Positions 47,962 through 60,173 of a stretch of DNA of 64,000 nt are shown piece after piece. The position numbers were made by a program, and so were the translations under genes. Position 1 is the first letter of the stretch, and every line of letters begins with the position of its first letter. Source of the DNA: Bilabrum cf. latius (taxonomy: Eukaryota). Location of the stretch: NCBI GenBank assembly GCA_965178125.1, contig OZ237739.1, forward strand, positions 868,001-932,000, in the 5' to 3' direction. Under the pieces are notes generated by a model, which searched no databases, was not told the origin of the DNA, and saw nothing but the letters and a program-made list of their open reading frames with translations.

Positions 47962-50900
47962 ATGTAGCAGAATCGACGAGCTAGGCGGCGATTTAGCGCC
48001 GTTCCCCTTGCAGAATTAGCTAGATTTTAGAAAGGTGTGGATACAACCACGAATAGAACTGTCGACATAGCACAGCTTTTAGGATCTGTCGTTTTGCCGG
48101 ATGCAGCGCAACGCGACCAGACTCTTGAGATGCAGGGATTGGATCATGCAGCGACGCAGGATACGCGGGAGGCTACACCAGAAAAGAAACGAGAAAGATC
48201 AAAGAGGGGCCGCCGCCAAGCAGGTCGAAGGCACTCCATGGACGCGGTCCCGGCGGACGCAAGGCAGTCTGGCACTCCGAACGATTCGTCAAGGCAGATG
48301 ATGAGAAAACTACTGATGGCGAGCGTCTTTGTCAAAGGCCCGCTGGCTCAAGACTCTCTTGCAGATCCAGCAGAGGGCTCATCCCTCAATGAGTCGGATG
48401 ATGTCCACGACAGAGCCCACTCCCCGGCGCGACGGTAGGAGCAGGACGAGGATCGATCCCACGACGATATCACCATCCACAGTGCCGCGGAAGAAGCGAG
48501 AGAATCCGCGAGCGAAAGCGAACGCGCCTCTCCAGCCGCTGTATAGGCATCGAAGGCATCATCTCCGTCCCTCGCGTACACATCATCCCTTGGCAAAGCC
48601 ATGGCAAGCGGCCGCCACCAGCGGGAGCAGGAGGCGAGGGCAAGGGCAGCCGACCTGCAGAAACACAGGAAAGCTGCCATGCGGAGAGCAGCTGCGGACG
48701 GTTATGCCAAAGGCGTGGATTCGTTTGCGTACGGAGGCCCACCCGAAAGGCCAGGTACGGGGTACGTGGATGTCAAGCAACTCAAGGAGCATTTGGGCGC
48801 AGTGGACAGCGTGAGAAAAGGGGCGGAGGCGGCGGTTGCAGCGGGTGCGACGGCGGCAGGATCGTCCTACCGATCCCCTCAGAAAAGTAGGAAAAGACCT
48901 TCAAACATTCGGGGGAACGTCGCGCTCGCATCGCAAGATAAGAAGGGGCATCTGTCGTACGGAGCCAGACTCAGAGCTGCTAGGCGGCTGAGGCGATTCA
49001 GCGTCGGGCCTGGCCAGATGCAGAAGATGTATCAGATTCAAAAGGACGTGCTAATGGAAATAGCCGAGTCTGGAATCGTAGCAGAGGTGCCTGTCGAGCG
49101 CACCGAGTCGCTTGCGCAGGCGTGCGTGCCGTACGAGCTAGCCTCGGCTGCCACCGGGTCTTTGATTCACTCGCCGACGAAAATGGGTGGCAGGCGGTCT
49201 TCCGTGGCAGCGCCCGGTCAAGTCAATCAGACCGGCGTGAGTGCTGCGGCAAAGCCCGGGTACGTCGTACCGTACGCGCTGCAGGGCAATTTATAGCACT
49301 ACACCATCCAGGGGATGCTGCGGCGGCAGGAGGCCAAGCAGCACCCAGTCCTCAAGAGAGTCCTTCGCCGCATATGGGACGCCGTCAAGTCGCATGTGGG
49401 GGAGCATCAGGTGTGCGTCACTCACGCTGGGTATGTCGATGCAATGACGAAGCTGTACATTGCCCTGGTGCCGGACTCGGGTATCGATGACCCAAAGGTG
49501 AGGGCTGCCGGTGACGACTGCCCCGCGGAGATTCGAGCCAGAGCTGCGGTGGACGAGGCACGCGCGGTAGCAGAGCTAGACTGGGCCCGGGACACGTACG
49601 CGGGCGAGAGCAAGCCTCCGCTATCCTACATGAACAGGCAGCAGATCAGCAACTGCATCCTGGAATTAGCAGACTAGTGGACGGAGAGTGCGTCGGCACG
49701 GGAGTACATCCAGTTCGCACTCTTCTGCCTGCACTATCTGTCTCCAGACCTAGAGTCTCCTCCTCCGGGGACTCACTGGGGCACGTTGGAGCACGCGTGG
49801 CTCCCAGATGAGGACGGAGAAGGCTGGCAGGGGATAGAGCAGCGACCCCTGAGCCAAGGGTCAGCAGGGTCCAGGCCAGGCAGCAGGGCAGAATCGCGAG
49901 GCGCCTCTCGGGTGGTGGAGATCAACGGCAGGAAGGTCATCGTCAGCGTGGAGGCCGGTGAGATCGTCGGATTGCGACTCAGGCGCGTTGACTCGGCAGC
50001 AATGGCAGCCGTGATGCGAGAGAGAGGGGAGATGCAGGTGTCGCCGCGCACAGAGAGCCTCTTGGCCGGTGCAGGGCAGGGTATACTGACTACTTCTGCT
50101 ACGAAGCAGGCAGCAGGCCTGACCTCGTCGTCCAGCGTGCACGCGCTGGGCCTCGGTCCGAGGCTAAGGCCTCAAGCAGGAGGCTCTGTGGCTGCACCTG
50201 GCATTTGGGAGGAAGAAGCGCCGGGCGTGTTCACAAACCGTTCGCTGCTAGCTGCCACGGAGGAGGCCGAAAAGAGGGCAAGCGCACGTCGAATCGCATC
50301 GAACCGTCGCAGGCAATCACTGGCTGCAGGCGTGATGGCTCTGTGGAGCAAGAAATCGGGCCTGACTCCTGCCTCGCGAAAAGCTCGCTGGGACAAGCTG
50401 CTCGGCTCGCGCGCAAACACGGCGTAGCAGCAGAAATCCCCAAGTGCCTCGCAGCAGCCGCGTCGCAATGCCCCGCGGGTATTGGCATCATTCAGGCTGG
50501 GGTCCTCCAGCAGGCTTAGCCCAAATAGCAGCGGCAGTGGGTCGGCTGTGCATAGCACCGGCCCGGCTGTGGCCAATAGCACCGTCCACTCAGCTGGGTC
50601 GTCTCGCCGCAATTCCATGCCCACTCTATCTTCCATCTAGAAGTTCCGCAAGGCGCTGCAGAGCGACAGATTTAAGGCAATGGTAAAGGCTATGCGCAAG
50701 AGCAACGCCGCCAAGGAGGCAGAGGCAGAGATGCAGGCCCGACTGGACGGTTCCTCTGGCCAGAGCGGCGGTAGGCGGCACTCGCTATTCGCTCTCGGGG
50801 CTGGCATGGTCGACGCTGATCGAAAGAAGGAGTTGAGGCAGAAAGCGATTCGAGCCGCTGCCAAGACCAACTAGGCTCTGGCCCTGCGTCTCCTCGAGGG

Positions 50901-53900
50901 AAAGTCGCTCAACGGCCCGACCGCCCATCTGCAGACGCCTACCACGCCACGGCGGCCATTTGCGTCACCAAAGAGCGTGCCAAAGGGCAAGTTTGCAGAC
51001 GCATTCGGCGAAGCAGCGAGGCAGGAGGCCGATCGCGAAAGACACGTGGCCAAGCAAGTCGTTCTGTACGGCGTCGGCGACGGCCTTGTGCATCGCACGT
51101 GGGAGCTCGACGGCGTGTTTCCCATTCGAGAAGTCAAGCGAGACGCGAGGCGGGCGTCTATGTCCGGTGACGCGACAAAGTCTGCCCAGACGAGGTAGCC
51201 CCCGACGTTGCCCAAGTCCCGGCCCTACCCTCGCTCTCTTGAGGACCTGGACCAGTGGGAGGTGGGCGAGCTGTTCGACATGCGGTATGGAGCCAGAATG
51301 CCTAGCCAGATGGGAGCGCAATACGATCGAGCTGCGGATTATCTCGGCCCTGATGGACGGGCCACGACCCCACTTACTCGACTTGCGATTGATTTGGCAG
51401 GCAATGGTCGGCACTCTCGAAGCAGAGGGGGCAGCCGAGGCGGGCGACGGCCGCGAAGTGGCGGCTACGGTTTAGCATTCAGCAGTATTGGAGATGATTT
51501 GACTGAAGCACCGCTCAAGACCCTGCCTACTAGCACGGCACTTCGCCGCCGGCAGCTGCGAGAAGTGCGCGCAGCTCTGGACGATGCCGCCAGCGATGCA
51601 TCCTGTCTTCCAATCTCAGACGTGCCTGCAGCCTCAGACGTGCAGCGAGCGGAGGAGATGGAGCGGATCGACCCGGCAGGTGGAGGCAGCAAGGCAGGGA
51701 AAGGGAAGAAAAACCGCAGGATCAGTGCAGCCGCAATATCGTATGGGAGAAACGGTGCAATTGGAGGTGGACCTGACGGCTCAGCTGGAACCGAGCTGCT
51801 GCCCTACAGCGTGCCTGGAGCTGCCCTCGACGCTACAATCACATCGACCGAGCTGAAGCAAGAGATAGAGATCGTCGAGCATCGTGCACCGAAGGTATCT
51901 CGAGCTGGTGTGTACAAACGCGTGTACGTGGGACCAGCCAGCAGGGGTTGGCGCTGGCGAGCTGTCGTAAAAATGCCTAGCGGGCAAGAAGCAGTGATCG
52001 GTGACTTTGACGATCAGGCTTCCGCTGCAGTGGCACATGACGTCGCAGTGAGGCGACTGTACCCGTCACGGCCTACATAGAGCAGTTCAAATGGAGAACC
52101 ACGCACAAATTTTGATCTTGCCGGGCACCTGCTTCAGCCAGATCAAGTCAGTACAGTGCCCAGACTGTACTGGCCGGCTGCATCCCGATCAGTGGCAGTG
52201 AGGCACTCAACGGCTGCCAAGTCTGCCTAGTTTTAGAGCCTCCCTGGTGACTCCGGGGAAGAGAACAGCTCTGATCAAACAGATTTTGACTCTGACCATG
52301 GCACTGCTTCGAGCGAGTCTGACGCAGGATCCATATTTGGAGCATCGAAAGGACCAGCTGCAGCCGGTGCAAAGCACTCACCTGGGCCGAAGCAGAAGGG
52401 CGGATTCGATGTCGACAAGTTTCTTAAGTCTGGCATGATCAACGTGGCGTCATCCTTCAAGCAAACCGCTATGCGTGCAGGCTCTCTAGGGTTGTTCTCT
52501 TCACCCTCGATCTCGTCGATTGGGTCGCACCGAGGGGAGGAGCCGGGTAGCGAGTAGTTTGGGGTCCCTCCATCTCCTCGATCGCTCAAGGGTGCCAGCG
52601 GGTCACTTAGAACAGCTGTTGGCATGCTCTCACGCGTCACGTCTAAGTCATCGCTGTCATCTGACAAGGAGCCGACAACCGGCTCGTTTAGACCGCCCAC
52701 ACTCGACCCGGCGGTCGTGCGGGGATCCAGGAGTCCAGGCACCTAGAGCACAGGTGGCAGGATCAGCCCTGCAAGAAGCCGGTTGCCAAGCGAGGCTTCT
52801 TCCGCTTCGTCCGCATTGAGCCCCCGCTTCTCCGGCGCCAACGGCAAGCCCGCAGCGCCTCTGAGCCTCAGTGACGTGGTAGGCGTTGATTCTCCGAGTT
52901 TTGAGCTTGGCCCGGCGCTCGGCACCCAGCACAGTGGTGTGGGTGGTGAAGGTGCACCTTCACAGCATAGTATGGCTGGTTTTCCATCACCTCAGCATTC
53001 GCCCTCGTCCTTTGGCAAGCTGAGTCGCTCCTTAAGCAAAGGATCAACCTCACAGGACATGCGCAGGTCCGGTTCGAGCCGAGGCGGTGGCCGCATGAAG
53101 CCAAACGTCGACATGATGCTGCGGCAGCCCATGCCACCTCCACAGGTTGTGCATGGGCCCAAAGCAGCAGCAGTCAGGGGCGCCAAAGAGTGGGCTGCGC
53201 TGCGGTACCAGCACCGTGTAACCGAGCTTGGTGGCGGTGCGTCGCGCGGCATCGGCCCTGGCATGTCAGGCGCACAGGAAGTGGAAGAGGACATCCGTCT
53301 CCGGCGTCTTGCGCTGGGGGATGAGGCGGCGGCTCAGCTTGAGAGAGAGACCGAGGCAAACCGCCCAAGTGCGGCCGCCTTGCTGCGGCAGCACGCGCCA
53401 CTGGCATCACGATCCACAAGACGCGCAAAGCCGAAGCTGCTCCGGGCCTTGCCGGGGTGGGTGGAGTCCGATCTTGTGTCCCTGCAAGCTGGGAATGCTT
53501 TGCTGAAGCAGATAAAGGAGGCAGCGGGACCTGCCAAGGTAATCTATGCGGGGTCATCGAAGGGACCTCGTCAAGCTCGAAGACCGCGAACCAGCGCTGC
53601 ATCCGAGTACACGACTGACGACGAAGACATCGTGCTCGAAGCGCGGGTTCCTCAGGAGCTGCTTGATAAGGCGGGCATGGTAGGAAGGCTGAGAGTCGAG
53701 GATGGCAAGCGGCGAGGTAACTTGGTGGCGCATGGAATTTCAAGTCCCAACAGCAAGCATGTGAGGAAAGCTGCTCGAGCTGGAAGGAAGCGCGGAATGA
53801 AGACGCGGACGAAGCGCGGGAAACGGTCTAGCAAGTTCGCAGGTCCTACTACGGGAGGCGAGGTGATCTTTGATGAATCGCAGCTCGGCCCCCAGTCTTC

Positions 53901-56900
53901 GCGCCCCCTGCAGCCGCCACCACGAGCGGGTTCTAGCGCTGGGGGATCCAGGCCAGGCTCCAAGCCAGGCTCAAGGGCATCGAGAAGGGCAAACAGCAGA
54001 GGCAAGCGGCGTCCAGGAACGCGCGGCACGGGTTCAACGTCCAACAGCAGCCAGCTGGGAAAGGATCTGTGGGGTAATAGCACCGGCGGCAACGATGGCC
54101 TGGACGGAGCCATGGGAGCGATCGCAGCTGCAGCAAGCGAGCTGCATGGTGTCTTTGACCCTGACAACATGGGAGGTTCTCTGGATGACCTGATCGGGCC
54201 TGGATCGGACCGCCAGGCATCTGCAGCCTTTGACGAGGATGGCGACACAAGCGACAGCTCGGGCGATGAGCAGGTGCTTCTTCAGTCTCGAGAGGATAAG
54301 CAGCCAACAGTGGGGACCCCTCCGTAGCCCCGGCCATCTCCATCGCCAGGCGACCTTTCTGGGCTACGGAAGGAGAGGGTCAGGCGGGCTTCGCTTGCGG
54401 GCAGCAAGCGCCGAGCCACACCGTCCGCTCGATTCGGCTCGCCGGACGGACGCAGCTCGAAGCTGGGCGCCACGAGCAGGCCCAAAAGCCGGCCAGGGGT
54501 TACTCCGCCGGAGATACTCAAAGACAGGGAGTACATGAAGAAGCAGGAGCAGACAAAAGCTGCTATTTAGCGCATGCGGGCGCAGTCACTCGTCCGAAAA
54601 GTGAATGCGGCGAAGCGAGCCGTGAGAGTGCTGGCCAAGCTCACGGCTACGGCAGCGCGACGCTCCTCCGCCATCTCTGTCGCTGAATCGGAGGCGAGTC
54701 GAGCCGAGTCCATGAGCATCGCGACACCAAGAGGGCTGGTCCATACGAGCAGTGTGGGGGCTATGTTTACTTCGGCCGATACGCACGGGCCTGACGCGAG
54801 CTTCTCCAAAGCAGGCCACGCTCTTCGTGTTACGCACGGTGCTCGCGGTCGACGTCCGTCCGTAGATTTGTTGACGAAGTCTTAGGAGATGGCACTGGTG
54901 ACCCCCTAGCAGATGGCAAGCCCGTCAGGCGACCAGCCAAGCGCCGTGAGTGCAGAGCAAGAGCCACCAAAAGGCAAAGCCAAGGTGCCGTTTGGTGGCT
55001 CAGCTAGCCCTGCTGATGGCAGCGAGGGCGGTGTCACAGGCCCGCACGAACCAGGAGCAACGGCTGAAGCATCCCATGGGTCGCATTGTGAGGCAGAACC
55101 AGCAGAAGGAACTGCAAGTTCCGGCGGCAGCAGGCCCCCAACCGCTCCCGCACCCACAGCAATGGACACAAATCCCGCAGAAGAGCTCGATGCGAGGCGA
55201 CAGCGCCGGAATGACAGGCGAGCGGCCGCCGCCATGGCAGCTGAGCTCTCCACGCTCGGAAGAAGGCTCTCTCAGAGCGAAGCATAGTTGTATGGGGTGA
55301 TAGCTGCCAGCGATGAAGCCACTGGCGGCGTGAAGAATGTCGACGAGGTGCTCCAACAGCTGCAAGGCATCAAGAAGCACGTGACTGGAGATCCCACAGC
55401 GGGGAGTCCTGGGCTGTTGGGCGACACGGCTAGCACGCTTAAGAAGGCAGCTTCGAGCACAAGCGTGAGAAGGGCAGCTGCCAGCCGTCGCTTGGCAAGG
55501 TCGTAGAAGGGTAAGAAGGGGCGCCGGGCGTCGCGGCGCCGCAGTAGCCTGCTGCGATCAAGGGCAAGGCGCAAGCAAAAAGACGATAGCGCAGGCGAAG
55601 GAACTAAGACTAACGTGGAAGCTGTGTCCCTGCATGTAGAGCCGGCTGGGGAGGTTGATCCTGCACCGTATTTTTCTGCAGAATCCTACGGAGCAGACCT
55701 CGACAGCGACGGGGCTATGAAGAGGCGACGCAGGGCAAGCAGCAATCGCCTTGCAAGCTCGTCTCGGCACAGCAGCAGATCGCAGTCTCCCACTGCTCGC
55801 AGTAGCCCACAGTCACCACGGGCGTCCACCCCGTCGGCGAGGAAATCTATGGATGCTGCGGAACAGGAGCCCGCTTCTCTGGCTTCTCCTGCTGTTCTCA
55901 AGGAGCGATCGCATTCTCCGCCAAAGACCAGCAGACAGGCAGCATCTGCGGCAAGACGAAACCGCGCCATTGCTATTCGAACAAGAGAGTCCAAGGGACT
56001 TGCAGTGCGAGCCCCAGTACCCGAGCACCTGTAGGGGAAGGTAGGCTCGGCGCCTTTGGGGCATCCGGTTGCAGCTCGACTGGACGAGAGCGATACAGCC
56101 GAAGGAAGGGCCTCTGAATCGGAGAGTCCCCGTGCTCGACTGGTCGGCATCGATTAGCATGTCAGCCTCCTTGCGGCACCCTCAGACTCTCTTGGCATCG
56201 TGAGCTCAAGGTCAGGGCGCCGGCCTGGCAGGCACAGCCCACGACTTGCAGTGACTGATATTAGGCCCGACGGGATTGCACCTGATCATCCAGAAGGCTC
56301 TGGGATGGGCAGTCGGGCGGCTGCGCCAAGGATGCCTGGATCTACATTATTGAAGCGCGCGGTCTCCATGTCACCAAGGCTCACGGGTGCGGCAGGGCAA
56401 GCGGCCCTTGTGGGCATGGCAGGGGCAGGAGGCAAGGGAGCCCTCGTCCGGTCGACGAGCCACCAGGAAATGGTAGCACTGCAGGGGGCGATGCCACCGC
56501 TTCTAAATACCATGCATTCGAACCGCGCCGCGCATCGTACTCGCCATGCACCTATCCTTCGGTTGCAACCAAGCGAAGCAGTTCCGAACCGGCACCGTCA
56601 AGACAGCGGTGGATCCACGTATTCGTCCCTTGGACCAGTAAGCCGCCGCTTAGGCAGCGGGGGTGAGATGCCGGGCACATCTGCCAAGCCTAGCCGAGTT
56701 GCGGTCATTGACATCCACGCCATGATCGGTGCTATCGATGCGCTGATCGAAGAGCAGACGGCTATGACCCAGTACAAGAAAGAAAAAGCAGCGGAACTTG
56801 TCGAGCGCAGGAAACAGGAACTGGAGGCGCTGGATCGCCGCAGAGCCGAGGAGGAAGAAGTCAGGCAGAAACTAGCCGCCTAGAATGCCAAGGAAGCCGG

Positions 56901-59900
56901 GGCCTCTGTGGCGCTTGACACATCCGTTCTGGATGGTACCATTCGTCGCCCGCGATACGGCCGGAAGCCGCAGTAGCAACTGCTTGTTCTGCCTCATCAA
57001 ATGCTCAAGAAAGCTGCTGTTGCGGCGTTCAATCAGCCAGAAAGCTCGCAGATGGATCGGCATGGCTTCCGCGCGTTTCGAGGCAACGCAGGTCTAGTGC
57101 ACGGTCGAGCATTGCTCTCGGGCTGTGGACTCGACGAGTTCAAGCCGTCTGGCAAACTAGCCGTTGAGGGCCATAGAGCAGGGCTGTTCAAGCCTGGTTA
57201 GAAGTTCCGCAGAAGGAGCGTGCACTTCGTTGGCCCGGTTCCCGCGTCATATGCACCCGAGCCTGAAGAAGCGCTCCGGCGGGCGCAGGCGGGCTTCGGC
57301 CGGTACTGGCACGCTCGATCCGATGGGACGACATCCATTCAGACTACGACGGACTATCACGGAGCGAGCGTCCGAGTTGATCCAGACACCCACCCGCGCA
57401 GCGTCGTGGCACCAGGGCCGGCAGTGCGAGCTCGCTTGGGTCGAAGATCGAGTGCACCGACTCGATTCGGCGGTGCGCGAGGACAGGAACAGCTGCAAAC
57501 AGGGTATTCCAGTGATTCTAGCACCGCCAACGGCGAGTATGGCGGGGCATTTGTGTACTCAGATGCAATGCGAGCTCGCCATCCACACAGGCACGGAGCC
57601 AACAAGGCATCCGCGAACAATTTCAGCATGTAGTCTGGTACCCATGACCATGTGTGGGAGCCTCTCCTTGAGCTACTTGGTGTTGACGACAGCGATGCTG
57701 AGCAAGCAAGTCGCACGAAGCCACGCGAAACCTCGAGTTCTGTGGACTTGAGCGCCGCCGATGGCGCTGGGCGGGACAACCTGGCCATTGTTGGCGTTGC
57801 TGAGAGCATGCCTGATTTGTACGAGACCGGCATGGTAGTACCACTCCCGATCCAGGCAGTTGCAAGCGTCCCAGAGGTCAGGCACGCCCTGATTCGGGGC
57901 GAGGAAGGGATCGACCTCTCCGCCATCCGTCGCAGGAATCGGAGGCGGGCTCGGCGCCGCATGAAGGAGCGGAAGCTGAGGCAAGCGGAGCACGAGCTGC
58001 GAGATCTCGAAGCAAAATCCGCATTGCTCTCCATGAGGCACAAGCAGGAGCGCAGTCGCATCGGTGCGATTGAGAAGGAAATCGTGCAGCTGCAGTAGGA
58101 CGAGGACGAGCTGGCAGGCATCGAGCGGGACCCTGCAGGGGGCGACTATGCCGTGCTGTCCAGCGACGACGACTTTGAGCGTTCGTCCACATTTGGCGAG
58201 GAATAGGACGGCTGGTAGGAAGGCAAGCAGCGTCTCGCTGACACCCCTCAGGTACGAGTGCGCGAGCCTGTCGTCGATCCGACCTCGCATGGCAGGCCCT
58301 CTGCGGCGTCGACTGTCCAGGCTAAGCCCAGGCCCAGGCCCCCCGTGCAACCGCGGTCGCGGCCGAAACACCTGCAGAGGGTTGCGGTGGGTGGCAAGGT
58401 GCTGCGTGGCAGACTATACGATGGCTTGTCGTCTCGTGAGGGCAGGAAGCTAGAGCAGATCGTGTCTACTTCGGAGCTGCAGCCTGCCGTCAGGCCTGCG
58501 CATGGCGTGCCGCCTGGTCTGGCTGGTCTCATGTCACATAGCAACATATCTCCAGGGGAAGGGGCGCAAGCGCTGAACTATTTGGCTCTGCTGTAGCGCA
58601 TTGACGTGATGGTATCGAGGCGGCTGCTTCAGCTGCAAGCAATGCAGCGCGGGCAACTGCCTGGAGCTACGCACTCCATAGGTGCGCACAGGGGTGGGGG
58701 TGGTCTTGGAAGAAGCCTTAAGCAGCTATAGGAATCACGAGCCTCCCTCGGCATTGCTAGTGGCGCCACTGGTCAAAGGCAGGTTCCATCGCTTCGCATG
58801 GGCCGTCTTCGCCTCGACGGCCCCCCACCAACCGTGGGGGCTCCACGGCAAGGCAATGGACTTGCTTTGCTCAGCAGCAGATCAGTAGCCGCGATCGAGA
58901 GCTCGGAGCAGGTTGCGCAACACCGCAGCGGGCGCATCGCAGAAAGGATGCGAGGCGGCGCAACGCAGTCCCAGCATCGCATAATATCTATGGAGGGTGT
59001 TCCACACAGCGCCTCTAGCGGGCTCTTGGCCACAGTGTCACCGAGAGGGCCCATGCCACCTCCTAGAAATGCGCCCTTGCGCGTGTCGTTGGGGCAAGGG
59101 AGTAGAAGCCGGCACAAGCTGGGCCGTGTCACTGGAGGTGGTGCAGCATTAGCGGATCCAAGGGGACTGGAGGCAGTCACAGTGCCGGCTCTGCACACCG
59201 TGTCCCACTCTGCCTATGCCAGCTAGCCCACCCTTCCGGCAGAGTAGAGCTCTTAGGTTCGCAGGGCTGCAGAGAGAGAACTTGCAGCCACATCTACTGC
59301 CGCTCTGCAGACTCTGTCTGGTATGGTGGGTCTGCACCGGTCCCCGGGCCCGTCCACGGCAAGGCATGGCCGTTCGGCCAGCAAGCATCCCGCTGCCGGG
59401 GCTGCAGCTGGAGAATCCACAGCCAGAAGCAGACCAAGGGATGCCCGATATGGACCAAATTTCGTTTCATTTGAGCATAAATCGGGGGAGCCGCCCGCGA
59501 GTGCGACGCATGCCGCTGGCGGCCGCGGCCCCGAGACGAAGACGAAGGGAGATGTGCCAGTGGGGCCTGAAGTTGGAGAGGAGCGTGACCCGTGGGATGC
59601 AAACGGGAAGCGTGCAATCGCGTTGGCTAACGCTGCGAGAGCACAGATATCCAAGCCGATGAAACGCGACCCAATCAGCAAAAAGGCTGTCAGTGGGGCG
59701 GCCGGCAGTGTCGCTCGGGCAGCGAGTGGCAAAGCTGCCGGGTAGAAATTGGAGCGCCGAAGGGCGCGGGCCTACAAGGACTCCTTGCGGCGAATCGGGC
59801 TTATTCAGCTCGCGTCTGACCCACTTACACATCACGTGCTTGCAGGCGGCGCTATGGCTGGTGCGAAGCCAAAGCGAAGGCGACTGAAGGGGAAGCGCCG

Positions 59901-60003
59901 GGTGGCGAAGGATGGCATCGCCAGGCAGTTGGCTCAGCTCCACCGCCACGGAGCGGCGGCTGCATCTGTATCGGCCGCTGAGCGCAATGAAATATTGAAT
60001 TGA
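47962..60003 (+). CDS. Giant (~4013 aa) largely disordered protein with an AP2/ERF-like domain and an EF-hand-like helical domain
   Basis: Twenty ORF fragments in one frame; 19 end in TAG and the last in TGA. AP2-like GVYKR..WRWRAVV..IGDFDDQASAAVAHDVAV..TNF at ~51900-52115. Helical domain at ~49310-49740. Start uncertain. Confidence 0.82.
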
Positions 60004-60173
60004 GGGCATGAGTGCCATTCGAATCGCCACGCTCCGATGCGGGTTTGTGCCCAAGGCTGCCCCAGAGCAGGTGCCACGGTCCCAACTCAGCGAACCACCA
60101 CTATGTAGGTTCCCTACGAACTTCTCAATACCACGTCTGCTGATGGGCCTTCCACTTCAACATTTCTAAGTTC

